Below, in pieces: positions 1 through 10,386 of a stretch of DNA of 64,000 nt (position 1 is its first letter; each line of letters starts with the position of its first letter). The position numbers and the translations under genes were made by a program. The notes under the pieces are model-generated. The model worked only from the letters and a program-made list of their open reading frames with translations. It did not search any database and was not told the DNA's origin. Source of the DNA: Candidatus Latescibacterota bacterium (GTDB lineage: Bacteria; Latescibacterota; UBA2968; UBA8231); contig CBDETY010000003.1 in NCBI GenBank assembly GCA_965243025.1, positions 5,504,001 through 5,568,000 of the forward strand, written 5' to 3'.

Positions 1-1
1 G

Positions 2-2890
2 GTCGAGGAGGACCGCTTCGGCAACCTGTGGTTCGCATCGAAGGCCGGTCTGCATCGATACGACGGGGAGGTGGTGCGGTCCATGGGAAAGGAAGACGGC
101 CTGCTGAACCCCTTCCTCTACTCCGTCATGGAAGACAGGGAGGGCAACCTGTGGGTGGGAACCCACGAAGGCCTTAGCCGGTATGACGGGGAACTGGTGA
201 AAACCTTTTCCGCGGCCGACGGACTTCCCTCCGACCTCGTGATCAGGATGGAGGAGGATCCGCAGGGGCGGATCTGTCTGGCGACCCTGGGAGACGGACT
301 GGTGCGCTTCGACGGCCGCAGGTTCGAGACCTTCACCACCGCCGACGGCCTGCCGAGCGACACGCTTCTCGCCCTGATGACGGACCGGTCCGGGACCCTC
401 TGGGTCGGCACCATGGCCGGCCTCGCCGCCTTCGACGGCGCCTCGTTCCGCGCCTTCACGACCGCCGACGGGCTCTCGGACAACGAGATCTGGCGCATCG
501 CCGAGGACCCCGGCGGGAAGATCTGGGTCAACACCCGCTGGGGCGTGAACTACAGCGACGGCGAGCGCTTCAGGCCCCTCGAAGGGAGGTCGCTGCCCGG
601 CAAGCTGCAGCTGATTGAGGGAGGTTTCGCCGACGCCGGGGGAAACCTCTGGTTCACCGGGCAACAGCAGGGCCAGGGCGGGCTGTTCCGCTTCGACGGG
701 AAGGTATTCCGCAAGTTTCCCCTCGCCGGCAGCTTCGCCGACTCGCCGCTGGCCATGCTGGCCGACGAAGGGGGCCTGTGGCTGGGCACGGGGAACGGCC
801 TCGTGCGCTTCGACGGCGAGAGCTTCGAGACCTGGACGACCCGCGACGGCCTGACCGGCAAAAGCATCCACGCCATGACCCGGGACGGGGCCGGCCATCT
901 CTGGCTGGCCTCGTTCGGAGGGGGGATCGACCGCTTCGACGGCGAGGTCTTTCAGAACCTCCACCGTCCCGACGGCCTGCCGAGGGACTCGGCGAACGGC
1001 ATCCTCGTGGCCGGGGACGGCTCGGTCTGGATCGCGACGCTGAACGGCATCACCCGCTACCGCCCGGGGCGCCTGCCTCCGCCGGTCCGCATCACCGAGG
1101 TCGTCGCCGACCGGTCCTACCGGCCGGAAGAGGAGATATCCGTGCCCTCGTCGCAGGAGCTGATCGCGTTCGAATTCCGGGGCACGAGCCTCAGGGGACG
1201 GCCCGACCGCATCCTCTACCTGTACCGCCTGCTCGGCCGCGAGCAGGAGTGGCGGCAGACGCGGGAGACCCGGGTCGAGTACGCCGGCCTGCCCCGGGGG
1301 GACTACACCTTCGAGGTGGTGGCCGTCGACGCCGACCTCAACCGCTCCCGGAACCCGGCGGCGGCCGCCCTCGAGGTGCGGTTTCCCTACGACCAGCTGG
1401 CGTGGATCCTGTCGATCGGCGCCGGACTTCTCCTGGTTGCGGGGTTCACCCTTGTCCATTTCCGCAACTATCACCGCCTCGAGGAGGCGCGCACCGCGGC
1501 CGAGGCCGCCAACGAGGCCAAGAGCGCCTTCCTCGCCAACATGAGCCACGAGCTGCGGACCCCCCTCAACGGCATCCTCGGCTACGCGCAGATCCTCGGC
1601 CGGGACCGCGGGCTTTCGCGCCCACAGCGGGAGGGGGTCGACACCATCCGGCGCTCCGGAGAGCACCTGCTGACCCTGATCGACGACATCCTCGACCTGT
1701 CGAGGATCGAGGCCCACAAGCTCGAGCTGGAAACCGGGGAGTTCGACCTGGGGGAATTCGTCGAGACCCTGGCGGACCCGGTGCGCATGCGCGCCGGGCA
1801 GAAAGGGCTGGAGTTCACGTGCCGGCTCGACCCCGGCCTGCCGGCGGGGGTCAGGGGGGACGAGCGCAGGCTCAGGCAGATCCTTCTCAACCTGCTGGGC
1901 AACGCCGTGAAGTTCACGGACGAGGGATCGGTGCGACTCGCGGTGGAGCGCGGCGCCGCCGGCGACGGGCGCGTCCGCTTCAGCATCGAGGATACCGGGG
2001 TGGGGATACCGGAGAGCGCGCGGGAGAAGATCTTCCAGCCGTTCGAGCAGCTGACCGAGCCGGGAGCCGTGGTCGAGGGCACGGGGTTGGGGCTGGCGAT
2101 TACCAGGGAGCTGGTCGAGCTGATGGGGGGCGGGCTCGAGGTGGAGAGCCGGGCGGGGAAGGGAAGCACCTTCAGGGTGGACCTGCCCCTGGCCGCGGTC
2201 CCGGGGTGGGAGCCGGCGGAGAGGGGACCCGAGGCGGCTCCCACCGGGTACAACGGGAAACGCCTGAAGATCCTGGTCGCCGATGACCGTTCGGAGAACC
2301 GGGTCCTGCTGGCGAACATGCTGCAGCCGCTGGGATTCGAGGTGGTCGAGGCAGCGGACGGCGAAGAGTGCCTCGCCAGGCTCGGGGATAACCGCATCGA
2401 CCTGCTGCTGGTCGACCTCGTCATGCCCGGAGTCGACGGCTTCGAGGTCGCGCGGCGGGTGCGAGCTTCGGAGGAATGGCGCCACCTGCCGGTCATCGCC
2501 GTCTCGGCCAGCGTCTACGAGGAGCACCAGCAGCAGAGCGTGGAGGCCGGGTGCAGCGACTTTCTCGCCAAGCCCGTCGACGAGCGGCTGTTGTGGAAAA
2601 AGCTCGGGGAGCACCTCGGTCTCGAATGGACCGGCGCCAGGGAGAAGGAAGTGGAGGGCGCATCCGAAGGGGTGGTCGCCCCGCCCGGGGAGGAGGCGGC
2701 CGCGCTCCGCGAGGCGGCCCGCAGGGGAGACATCGTCACCGTGCGCGCCGAAATCGACCGGATCGCCGCACTGGGAGGCGAGTACGCCGCTTTTGCGCAA
2801 AGGGCGGGTGAAATGGCGCGGAACTTCGACCTCAGCGGAATCGTCGAGATGGTCGATTGCGCAAACCCGAAACAGGACTCGGTCTCGTGA
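2..2890 (+). CDS. Hybrid sensor histidine kinase (propeller repeats, Y_Y_Y domain, TM, HisKA, HATPase, REC); 5'-partial
   Basis: Frame is open from base 2. Repeated 'ED..G.LW.GT..GL.RFDG' blades, H-box [19 protein letters not shown]-box [13 protein letters not shown]-boxes [14 protein letters not shown]-terminal REC (LVADD...DLVMP...FLAKP). Confidence 0.95.
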   Translation, partial: VEEDRFGNLWFASKAGLHRYDGEVVRSMGKEDGLLNPFLYSVMEDREGNLWVGTHEGLSRYDGELVKTFSAADGLPSDLVIRMEEDPQGRICLATLGDGLVRFDGRRFETFTTADGLPSDTLLALMTDRSGTLWVGTMAGLAAFDGASFRAFTTADGLSDNEIWRIAEDPGGKIWVNTRWGVNYSDGERFRPLEGRSLPGKLQLIEGGFADAGGNLWFTGQQQGQGGLFRFDGKVFRKFPLAGSFADSPLAMLADEGGLWLGTGNGLVRFDGESFETWTTRDGLTGKSIHAMTRDGAGHLWLASFGGGIDRFDGEVFQNLHRPDGLPRDSANGILVAGDGSVWIATLNGITRYRPGRLPPPVRITEVVADRSYRPEEEISVPSSQELIAFEFRGTSLRGRPDRILYLYRLLGREQEWRQTRETRVEYAGLPRGDYTFEVVAVDADLNRSRNPAAAALEVRFPYDQLAWILSIGAGLLLVAGFTLVHFRNYHRLEEARTAAEAANEAKSAFLANMSHELRTPLNGILGYAQILGRDRGLSRPQREGVDTIRRSGEHLLTLIDDILDLSRIEAHKLELETGEFDLGEFVETLADPVRMRAGQKGLEFTCRLDPGLPAGVRGDERRLRQILLNLLGNAVKFTDEGSVRLAVERGAAGDGRVRFSIEDTGVGIPESAREKIFQPFEQLTEPGAVVEGTGLGLAITRELVELMGGGLEVESRAGKGSTFRVDLPLAAVPGWEPAERGPEAAPTGYNGKRLKILVADDRSENRVLLANMLQPLGFEVVEAADGEECLARLGDNRIDLLLVDLVMPGVDGFEVARRVRASEEWRHLPVIAVSASVYEEHQQQSVEAGCSDFLAKPVDERLLWKKLGEHLGLEWTGAREKEVEGASEGVVAPPGEEAAALREAARRGDIVTVRAEIDRIAALGGEYAAFAQRAGEMARNFDLSGIVEMVDCANPKQDSVS

Positions 2891-4500
2891 CGGATACAGG
2901 CAGCCCCGGTTCTGCGGCGACGGTCCTGGTGGTCGACGACACCCCGGCCAACCTCGAGGTCCTGGTGAGCGCCCTGTCGCATGCGGGCTTCGGGATCCTC
3001 GTCGCCACCAACGGCGGCGAAGCCCTGGAGCGGGCCCGAGGGGAGGAGGTCGACCTCATCCTGCTCGACGTGATGATGCCGGGGATCGACGGCTTCGAGA
3101 CCTGCGCGAGACTGAAACAGGAACCCCGCACCCGCGACATCCCCGTGATTTTCATGACCGCCCTGACAGATACCGCCGACAAGGTGAAGGGATTTTCCGC
3201 CGGCGCCGTCGATTACGTCACCAAGCCGATCCGGCACGAGGAGGTGCTCGCCCGCGTCGAGACCCACCTCGCCCTGCGCCGGCTGCAGCGGGAGCTCGAG
3301 GAGGGGAACCGGCGCCTGAGCGCCGAGGTGGAGGAACGGCGCAAGGCGCAGGCCGCCCTCCGGGAGCTCAACGAGTCGCTGGAGCGGCGGGTCGCCGAGC
3401 GCACCGCCGAGCTCGAGTCCGCCCTCGCCGAGGTGGAGCGGCTCAGGAGCCGGCTCGAAGTCGAGAACAAATACCTGCAGGAAGAGATCGGCCTCGCCCA
3501 CGATTTCCAGGGGATCATCAGCAACAGCGAGAGCTTCCGCGGGGTGCTGTCCGAGGTGGAGCAGGTCGCCGACACAGGGGCCACCGTCCTGATCCTCGGC
3601 GAGACCGGCACCGGCAAGGAGCTGCTGGCCCGCGCCGTCCACGACATCAGCCGCCGGCGCGAGCGCCCGCTCGTCAAGGTGAACTGCGCGGCGCTGGCGG
3701 AGAACCTGATCGAGAGCGAGCTCTTCGGGCACGAGAAGGGGGCCTTCACCGGGGCGGCCGCGCGCAAGGTCGGGCGCTTCGAGCTCGCCGACGGCGGCAC
3801 CCTCTTCCTAGACGAGGTGGGGGAGCTGCCGCACGACCTGCAGGCCAAGATGCTGCGGGTGCTGCAGGAAGGGGAGTTCGAGCGCCTCGGCGGCACCGAG
3901 ACGCTCAGGGTCGACGTGCGCGTGATCGCCGCCACCAACCGCGACCTCGAGGGCGATGTCGAGGAGGGCCGGTTCCGACGGGACCTGTTCTACCGGCTCA
4001 ACGTATTCCCGATCCGCAGCCTGCCGCTGCGCGAGCGCAGGGAGGACATCCCCCTGCTGGTCCGGCACTTCGTCGGGAAGTTCTCGGCGGAGACCGGCAG
4101 GGAGGTGCACTCGGTCCCCGGGGAGGTGATGGAGCGGCTGATCGCCTACGACTGGCCCGGCAACGTGCGCGAGCTGGAGAACGTCGTCGAGAGGGCCCTC
4201 ATCGTCAGCCGCGGCGGCCAGCTGCGGCTGGGGGACTGGTTCGCGGCCGGCAAGGCGGAGCCGCTGCCCGGCTCGGCAGCGCAACCGGCGCCGGGCGGGA
4301 GCGCCCCGGGGGCTGCGGGGGAGGTCGCGACCCTGGAGGAGAACGAGCGCCGCCACATCCTCGAGGTGCTCGAGCTGACGGGCTGGCGCATCCGCGGAGC
4401 CGGCGGGGCCGCCGAGAGACTCGACGTCAAGCCGACGACCCTCGAGTCCCGCATGAAGAGGCTGAACATCGAGCGCAGCCCCCCCCGGCCCACGGAATAG
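2887..4500 (+). CDS. Sigma-54-dependent response regulator (REC, coiled coil, AAA+, Fis-type HTH)
   Basis: REC (VVDD...DVMMP...KP), Walker A GETGTGKE, intact GAFTGA, Walker [18 protein letters not shown] '[17 protein letters not shown]'. GTG at 2887 overlaps the kinase stop (GTGA); the ORF track starts at 2857. Confidence 0.95.
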   Translation: MTDTGSPGSAATVLVVDDTPANLEVLVSALSHAGFGILVATNGGEALERARGEEVDLILLDVMMPGIDGFETCARLKQEPRTRDIPVIFMTALTDTADKVKGFSAGAVDYVTKPIRHEEVLARVETHLALRRLQRELEEGNRRLSAEVEERRKAQAALRELNESLERRVAERTAELESALAEVERLRSRLEVENKYLQEEIGLAHDFQGIISNSESFRGVLSEVEQVADTGATVLILGETGTGKELLARAVHDISRRRERPLVKVNCAALAENLIESELFGHEKGAFTGAAARKVGRFELADGGTLFLDEVGELPHDLQAKMLRVLQEGEFERLGGTETLRVDVRVIAATNRDLEGDVEEGRFRRDLFYRLNVFPIRSLPLRERREDIPLLVRHFVGKFSAETGREVHSVPGEVMERLIAYDWPGNVRELENVVERALIVSRGGQLRLGDWFAAGKAEPLPGSAAQPAPGGSAPGAAGEVATLEENERRHILEVLELTGWRIRGAGGAAERLDVKPTTLESRMKRLNIERSPPRPTE

Positions 4501-4512
4501 CGGACCCGGGGT

Positions 4513-4542
4513 CCGAAATATCGGGGGCCTCCGGTATTTCGC
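4513..4542. promoter_or_regulatory. Candidate upstream activator site (enhancer) for the adjacent regulator
   Basis: Two imperfect palindromes, CCGAAATATCGG (4513-4524) and CCGGTATTTCGC (4531-4542), that are also inverted relative to each other, about 190 bp upstream of the sigma-54 promoter. Confidence 0.5.
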
Positions 4543-4719
4543 AGTTTACCCCCCGAACCGCCAGATTCGGTTCTAACTCCTGAATTGACAGCAGGTTAAG
4601 AAGAATAATCCCGAAGGGGCGAGCCGAATCGCCGCCCTGCGAAGCCAGGGGTCAATTTTCTATAACCTGCTGTTTTTTAAATAACATGTGTCAATTCAAC
4701 GACAGCGTTGGAAGGGCGG

Positions 4720-4735
4720 TGGCACACCGGTTGCA
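4720..4735 (+). promoter_or_regulatory. Sigma-54 (-24/-12) promoter
   Basis: TGGCAC-ACCGG-TTGCA matches the TGGCAC-N5-TTGCW consensus with exact spacing and lies just downstream of a sigma-54 activator gene. Confidence 0.88.
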
Positions 4736-4799
4736 ATACCTGGGGCAGTCACCTTAAACCCCGCGATCCGGAAGGATCGCAAACCAAAGGAGACGCACC

Positions 4800-4898
4800 A
4801 TGAAAGCCCGTTACTTCGCATCCGGAATCGCCCTCTTCGTCGTCAGCATCACCTGGGTCTTCGGCGCGTTTCACTACGTCGCCAGCATTACCGCCTAG
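4800..4898 (+). CDS. Small hydrophobic peptide, 32 aa (MKARYFASGIALFVVSITWVFGAFHYVASITA)
   Basis: SD AAGGAG upstream of ATG 4800; TAG at 4896-4898; GC3-rich codons; basic N-terminus followed by one TM-length hydrophobic run; lies between the sigma-54 promoter and a terminator. Too short for the ORF track. Confidence 0.72.
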   Translation: MKARYFASGIALFVVSITWVFGAFHYVASITA

Positions 4899-4926
4899 CA
4901 GCAGCGTCCAAAGAGGGAAGCGGCCA

Positions 4927-4980
4927 GGCGCCCGGTGTCTGCGAGACCGATGTCTCCGGCACCGGGCGCCTTTTGTTTTT
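4927..4980 (+). terminator. Rho-independent terminator
   Basis: GGCGCCCGGTG (4927-4937) pairs with CACCGGGCGCC (4960-4970), with an inner GAGAC/GTCTC stem, followed by TTTTGTTTTT. Confidence 0.85.
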
Positions 4981-5037
4981 GGGGCAAGTCCACCAGAACG
5001 GTCCCGGCCGGTCTCGCCAAGCGCGTTTCTGTCCTGG

Positions 5038-5904
5038 TCAGGGCCCTTTCTCTTCCACGATTTGCAGTTCGGCAGTGTCCACTTCGCTGGCTCCGAAATA
5101 TCCCAACGCGTATCTCTGGGGATTGGTCAGATTCTCCACGTTGCCCCTGATCAACGACGCAGGCGTGGGGAAGAGGGGATTTTGCCCTGTTTCCTCGAAG
5201 AGCAGGAAGTAGTATTGGAAGGCCTCTTTCGATAAGGAGAGCTGTCTCACGAGGATCACCTGATCCGATTTTACCGTGGCTTCCTGGTTGGGTTCAAAAC
5301 CGATGACCTTCTCTCCGTCAAAAAGCTCATCCGATCCCACGAAGTTGAGCGAATTGCCAGCATCGGGCTCTGCCTGCCGTACGCCGTCCGCGAACTGCTC
5401 CCACAAATAGTAATCTTCGCGGCCCGGGACGTCCTGATAGTCGATCTTTACCCGGATGCCTCCGTCCTCGAAGGGATTGGCCTTCTCGAATTGCTGGTAG
5501 ATGGAGTCGATGGGCGCGACGGGAAGCAGTGTTTCGACGGCTCGATAGGATTCGCCGTCAAGGTCGATCTCAAGGGTGTAGGTCCTGCCGACTTCCGGCC
5601 GCATGTCCCTGTTTTCGTAGATGCCGGGTTGGCGCGAGGACTCGGCGAAGAGGTAGGCGGCGCCCTCGTCGTCGTGCACGACCACCTCTGCTCCGCTGAC
5701 CGCAGGTGTGGCTTCATTGCTGAAATAGGGGGCCGTGGTAGACAACCTGATCGACTGCGCGGCTTCGGGATCATCCTGGTGGCGCTCGATGCGGCCTTCG
5801 ACGACGAGTCGTTCCGGTCCTTCTTCAACATCGATATCGACCACTCTCTCACATCCCATGAGCATGGGGACTGACAGCCAGACGGCGATTGGTATGGTTT
5901 TCAT
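5038..5904 (-). CDS. DUF4249-like lipoprotein (TonB receptor partner)
   Basis: Lipobox LMGC, 'CERVVDIDV...RLVVEGRI', 'Q.SLSKEAFQYY', C-terminal 'GNV.N......ALGYF'; directly downstream of a TonB receptor. Confidence 0.85.
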   Translation of the reverse strand: MKTIPIAVWLSVPMLMGCERVVDIDVEEGPERLVVEGRIERHQDDPEAAQSIRLSTTAPYFSNEATPAVSGAEVVVHDDEGAAYLFAESSRQPGIYENRDMRPEVGRTYTLEIDLDGESYRAVETLLPVAPIDSIYQQFEKANPFEDGGIRVKIDYQDVPGREDYYLWEQFADGVRQAEPDAGNSLNFVGSDELFDGEKVIGFEPNQEATVKSDQVILVRQLSLSKEAFQYYFLLFEETGQNPLFPTPASLIRGNVENLTNPQRYALGYFGASEVDTAELQIVEEKGP

Positions 5905-5908
5905 TTTT

Positions 5909-8272
5909 TTAGAAACCTCGGTTGTAGGTTATGCTGGGCAGGATTCCGAAAAGGGATGTTTGTACGGCTTCGGTGATAAATTTGTCCTTCTGGTTTTGCC
6001 GCACGTGAACTGAAGCGGAGTTGCGGCGGTTGTAGACGTTGTAGATGGTAAAGGCCCAACTGTTTCCATTGGCGGTCGTGCAGGTCAGCCCCAGATCCAA
6101 GCGGTGATAGGCCGGCAGGCGAGCCCCATGGCGGCTCTCGTACTGAGGAACGATAAAATTTGCGAATTCGTAGCGGCTGGCCGGGAAGGTGGAGGGCGTA
6201 CCTGTGGCAAGGACCAGATTCGTCGACAGCGACCAGCGGGGTTTGAATGCGTATACCGTTGTCAGGGTGAGGTCGTGCGTCTTGTCGTTGGCGGCTGGAT
6301 AGTACTTCCCGTTGTTGATGCCCGGATCGCCGATACCCAGTCCAGGGACTTGCCGCTCGGTGCGCGACAACGTGTACCCCAGCCAACCGGTCAATTTTCC
6401 GGCGCGCTTGCGCACCATCAGCTCTACGCCGCAGGAACGGCCCTCGCCCTTGAGCAGTTCGGTTTCCAGGTTGTTGTTGACAGTCAGGTCGGCCCCGTCG
6501 ACGTAGTCGATCTGGTCTTTCATTCGTTTGTAGTAGGCTTCGACCGAGGCTTCGTACGTGTTGTCCTGGAGATTCCGGAAGTAGCCGGCGGCGACCTGGT
6601 CCGCTGTCTGCGGCTCGACAAAAGGTCCGCTGGGCCTCCAGATGTCCAATGGCTGGGACGCGGTAGTGTTGGAGATGAGGTGGATATACTGCCGGGTGCG
6701 ATTGTAGCTCACCTTGACCGAGCTGGACTCGGTCAGGGACCATCGTGCCGACGCCCGGGGCTCCAGGCCGGCAAAGCTCTTCATGTTTTCCCTCTCCCCG
6801 AACGAGATGACGCTGTCGACCACGCCCGCTTCGTACCGGCCCAGGGGCTCGTTGTAGACGATGGGTCGATTGTCGCGATAAACAGGAAGGTCCTGGGCTC
6901 CCTGACGCCTGAACGCCGAAAGACGCAACCCGTACTGGAGGGAGATGGAGTTGGTGAGTTGGTGGTCCAGGCTGAGGTAGGCGCTCGGCTCAACGGCGTT
7001 CTGTCGATCCAGTTCCGTCGGCACGACGGAGGACGCTTTTCCGATCGGTTCGATGGTGCCGGGGGCAAAGCGGTAATGGATGGTATTGGCCCCGAAGTTG
7101 AGCGCATTTCCTTCGCTCAGTGAGTAGGAGAGGTCCGCTTTGAGCTTGTAGTTGTTTATGTGTGACAACCAGTTGTGTTCCGCGCCTGCCGTGAATGCAT
7201 CGCTGTCGTAGCTGTACCTGCTGAACACCCCCGTGAAATTCGCGAAGAGCCGCCGGCTGAAGAGGTTCCAGCGGACGGTGGCCGTGGTATTCCCCCACGC
7301 GCTGCCGAAGATGTCCGCTACTTTGAACGCGTCCCTGCCGCGATAGCCCGAGACAAAGAGCCGGTTGTTGTCGTTGATATTGTAGTTGCCTTTGAAGTTG
7401 ACGTCGTAGAAGTGGGCGGTGCTCGTGTCACTGCTCAACGCGTTGTAGAAGATGTCCCCGTATGAACGGCGGGCGGCGATCACGTAGGATCCGCGGCCGT
7501 TGGCGACCGGTCCTTCAAGGAGCAGCCGCCCCGAAAGGATGCCTATACCCACTTTGCCGCGGAACCCTTTGGCATTCCCCTCCTTTTGCCGCACGTCGAG
7601 AACCGAAGACAGGCGTCCTCCATACCGCGCCGGGATGCCGCCTTTGTAGATCTTGATGTCTTTGGTGATGTCGGCATTGAAAACCGAGAAGAAGCCGAAA
7701 AGGTGAGCGGCGTTGTAGACGATGGCTTCGTCGAGCAGGACGAGGTTCTGATCTGCCGCGCCGCCGCGCACGTTGAAGCCCGCCGCCCCTTCGCGTACGG
7801 CGGTCACTCCCGGCAACAGTTGTATCGTTTGCACCACGTCTGTTTCGCCCAGGACAGCCGGCGTGCGCTGTACGGTCTGTATGTCCAACTCGGCTGCGCT
7901 CATTTCGTTCGACTCGACGTTCTCATCGGCTCTGTGTGCACTCACGGCGACCTGCCCCAGTTCGATGACGGCTTCGCTCATTTCGACGTCGAGCACTTGA
8001 TCCCGATGCGGATCTGTGGTGCGGGCGATCGATTCGTAGCCGATGAAGCTGAAGCTGATTTCATGAGCTCCCGCCGGCAGTCGCAGCGAGTAATGCCCGT
8101 AGGCGTTCGTGGTTGTACCCACCTGAAGGGTCGTTACAACGACGTTGACTCCCGGCAGGGCTTCGCCGTCGGCCGCATCTTTGACCTTGCCGCTGACGGT
8201 GATTGCCTCCCGGGCTGTGCTGTTTGCGATTGTCGTGAGCAGCAGAAAAGCTGTCAGGAAGGATTTTTGCAT
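5909..8272 (-). CDS. TonB-dependent receptor with N-terminal carboxypeptidase-regulatory-like domain
   Basis: Signal peptide, 'SGKVKDAADGEALPGVNV', plug 'LLPGV...FNVRGG..DQNLVLLD', 'GGIPARYGGRLSSVLDV', C-terminal Phe. Confidence 0.93.
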   Translation of the reverse strand: MQKSFLTAFLLLTTIANSTAREAITVSGKVKDAADGEALPGVNVVVTTLQVGTTTNAYGHYSLRLPAGAHEISFSFIGYESIARTTDPHRDQVLDVEMSEAVIELGQVAVSAHRADENVESNEMSAAELDIQTVQRTPAVLGETDVVQTIQLLPGVTAVREGAAGFNVRGGAADQNLVLLDEAIVYNAAHLFGFFSVFNADITKDIKIYKGGIPARYGGRLSSVLDVRQKEGNAKGFRGKVGIGILSGRLLLEGPVANGRGSYVIAARRSYGDIFYNALSSDTSTAHFYDVNFKGNYNINDNNRLFVSGYRGRDAFKVADIFGSAWGNTTATVRWNLFSRRLFANFTGVFSRYSYDSDAFTAGAEHNWLSHINNYKLKADLSYSLSEGNALNFGANTIHYRFAPGTIEPIGKASSVVPTELDRQNAVEPSAYLSLDHQLTNSISLQYGLRLSAFRRQGAQDLPVYRDNRPIVYNEPLGRYEAGVVDSVISFGERENMKSFAGLEPRASARWSLTESSSVKVSYNRTRQYIHLISNTTASQPLDIWRPSGPFVEPQTADQVAAGYFRNLQDNTYEASVEAYYKRMKDQIDYVDGADLTVNNNLETELLKGEGRSCGVELMVRKRAGKLTGWLGYTLSRTERQVPGLGIGDPGINNGKYYPAANDKTHDLTLTTVYAFKPRWSLSTNLVLATGTPSTFPASRYEFANFIVPQYESRHGARLPAYHRLDLGLTCTTANGNSWAFTIYNVYNRRNSASVHVRQNQKDKFITEAVQTSLFGILPSITYNRGF

Positions 8273-8659
8273 GGGTTCTCTCCTGGTGGGTAGCTGCGTG
8301 CAGGTTCGCCAAGGTTTTCTCGGTGACCTTCACAAGGGTTGTGTATTGCGCGCTGCAGTGGTCATCTGAGAAGCGGCACAACTGATACTACGATCCCGCT
8401 GTTAACTGGTGATTGCTGCTGTGTACCGAATTGTAACAGGATGTGAATGCCCGAGCTTTGGGGGCGCACGAGTATTTCGCACCCAGGCAATCTCAGTCCT
8501 GCCTCGAGCGAGGATGGTGGGGACGCTGTTATTGAGAAGCTATTCGGGGGCGAGTGGATGCGCCCTGTTACTACTGCCAGTCAGTCGACAACCTAGGCAC
8601 CGACAAAGAGATGGTGTGGTAACCGATTCAGGGAAATGTGAGAAGGACGCATGTTCCTT
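8209..8659. repeat. Diverged ~450-bp direct repeat, copy 1 (receptor 5' end, promoter region, degenerate kinase 3' end)
   Basis: Colinear with 10387-10836. Shared blocks include CCCGGGCTGTGCTGTTTGCGATTG, CATGGGTTCTCTCCTGGT, GAATTGTAACAGGATGTGAA and GATTCAGGGAA. One frame gives FPESVTTPSL, identical to the kinase C-terminus. Confidence 0.9.
8423..8437. promoter_or_regulatory. OmpR/CpxR-type direct-repeat box upstream of the TonB receptor
   Basis: GTACC-GAATT-GTAAC; the same 10-bp-period motif occurs at 10298, 10599 and 12864. Confidence 0.6.
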
Positions 8660-10171
8660 AGTGCAAAACCGACTCCTCGAGAACAGGGCGACGATCCTCA
8701 TGCGAGAGGAGTTCGGCATACCGCCCAAGTCGGCGTTCAAGCAAGTGGTGATAAAATCCGGGTAGTTCATCCGAGCGACCTTCGTGGAAGGATCTGAATC
8801 TAGCATCTGAGGCGAGCATCCCATGGATGCGGTGGAGTCTCGCATACATGGTTTTGTGTCCTATATGCCGCAGGGCGTGTATGAGGCGTATCACGGGGCG
8901 TATTGGCGTACGAAGCCGCTGCCATAGCATATTTTTTGCTATAACCATCTTATGGATCTCTATAAGATGGCTGTAATAAGTCAGTGGATCGTAATTATTG
9001 AGCGTAATGGTCAGATATGGATTGTAGTAATAGCAAAATGGCAGAGCGCGCAGTATGCGACCTTCTTGGTAGAGCTGGTCATAGAGAGGGGTGCCGCCGA
9101 ACGGGCAAGGGATATTGATGGTCGGCCAGGCCTCGGGGACTCGCCTGATTAATTCCTTGGTCAGTTCCACTGGACCGGCACCAACATCAGAGTCGCTGCC
9201 AAACAGCATATTGACCTGCAGTCCCGGGACATAGTGTGTCAGGGTCTTCAGATGATCGGAGACCTGATCGAGCTTGTCCTGTCCCTGCTTGCGGCCGACC
9301 CCCGACTTATTGGAGTAATCGACCCAGGACTCAATACCGGGTGCCACATAGAGGCAGCTGGTTTTCTTCAATCTTACTAGCCGATCCTCTTTCAGGATTG
9401 ATAGCGAACTCTCCATAACGTAGGGATTTCGCCGTCCTTCCGGTAAGGCCTCAATGACGTCCATTGTTTCATCGAACCGCACCGCGAAGTTGGGATCGTG
9501 ATATCCTATGGTCAATTGCGGCCAGTTCTGCGATAAGTAGTGGAGGTCGCGCCACAGATCTTCCTTTGATCGGAGAGAATAGTTGCTGTTCCAATCAACA
9601 CAGAAATTGCAGGTGTACGGACAGCCGATACTTGAGAGCATGGGAACGATGCTGGTGAGCGATGGCCTCCCGTTGTAAAACGATGCAATTTTGATCTCCG
9701 GCATCCGTTCCTCTACCGAAGGGAAATCCATGAGCGGACGACCACTGGTGATTACCGCCGGTGGATCATAATGGCCACGCAGAATGTCGTCTACCAGCTC
9801 CTTGTTGCAGTCGCGCACCACCAGATCGAAAAACGCAGGCAATCCGTTGGAAAGGAACGCGCGTGTGCGCCGCCAATTACGGTTAGTGTTCCCCTATCGC
9901 GAAATACTTTCGCAAGCGCGTAAGCCATGGCACTCGCTTGCGTGTACGATGCCACAAATAGCACGTCGAGGTCGTCGGGCAGAAGGTGTAGTGGGTCCTT
10001 TTGGCCGTAGAAGGTACAGTAGTGTACTTTATGACCAAGTTGTCGGCACCAGACAGCAATCGTTTGAGGCATGATACTCATGTACTGCCTCTGAAAAAAG
10101 AACCGATAGAACTTTGTTCCCCAAGTGCTCGAAAGTTCATCAGACAGAATATCAATAATGCCGACTTTCAT
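8658..10171 (-). pseudogene. B12-binding radical SAM protein split by a 1-nt frameshift (pseudogene or sequence error)
   Basis: SD AAAAGGAGGA before ATG 10171 (MKVGIID). B12-binding-like 'TVIGGAHA' is in one frame and CxxxCxxC (GCPYTCNFC) in the next. Adding one T to the T5 run (A5 at 9829-9833) restores ...DCLRFFDLVVRDC... Confidence 0.85.
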
Positions 10172-10297
10172 ATTGATAGATCCTCCTTTTTGATTGTGGC
10201 CTCGCGATTTATGTGATCCCGCAAACTCGTGAATTGCGGATTGCGCGAATTCCTTATTAATGTTACAACTCCGCAATTAACCGAAAATTTCGGCTTT

Positions 10298-10312
10298 GTA
10301 ACGAATTGTAAC
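10298..10312. promoter_or_regulatory. OmpR/CpxR-type direct-repeat box upstream of the radical SAM gene
   Basis: GTAAC-GAATT-GTAAC; lies outside the duplicated segment. A palindrome CCGAAAATTTCGG (10281-10293) is adjacent. Confidence 0.65.
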
Positions 10313-10386
10313 GAGACGCGGATTCAACTGGTAAGTGGAATTTCCCCATGTTCAGGTTGCCCTTAATCAGCTAACGCAGAGTCCAC

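Noticed and set aside
4688-5212. 174-aa ORF in the track covering the sigma-54 unit
   Set aside because: It runs through the promoter, the terminator and the convergent gene end, with no SD or motif. The 32-aa ORF in another frame fits the signals better.
4800-10171. 32-aa peptide as RiPP substrate of the B12-radical SAM enzyme
   Set aside because: They are on opposite strands under different predicted regulators, with no leader/core pattern, RRE or SPASM domain, or peptidase. Not strictly excluded, but unsupported.
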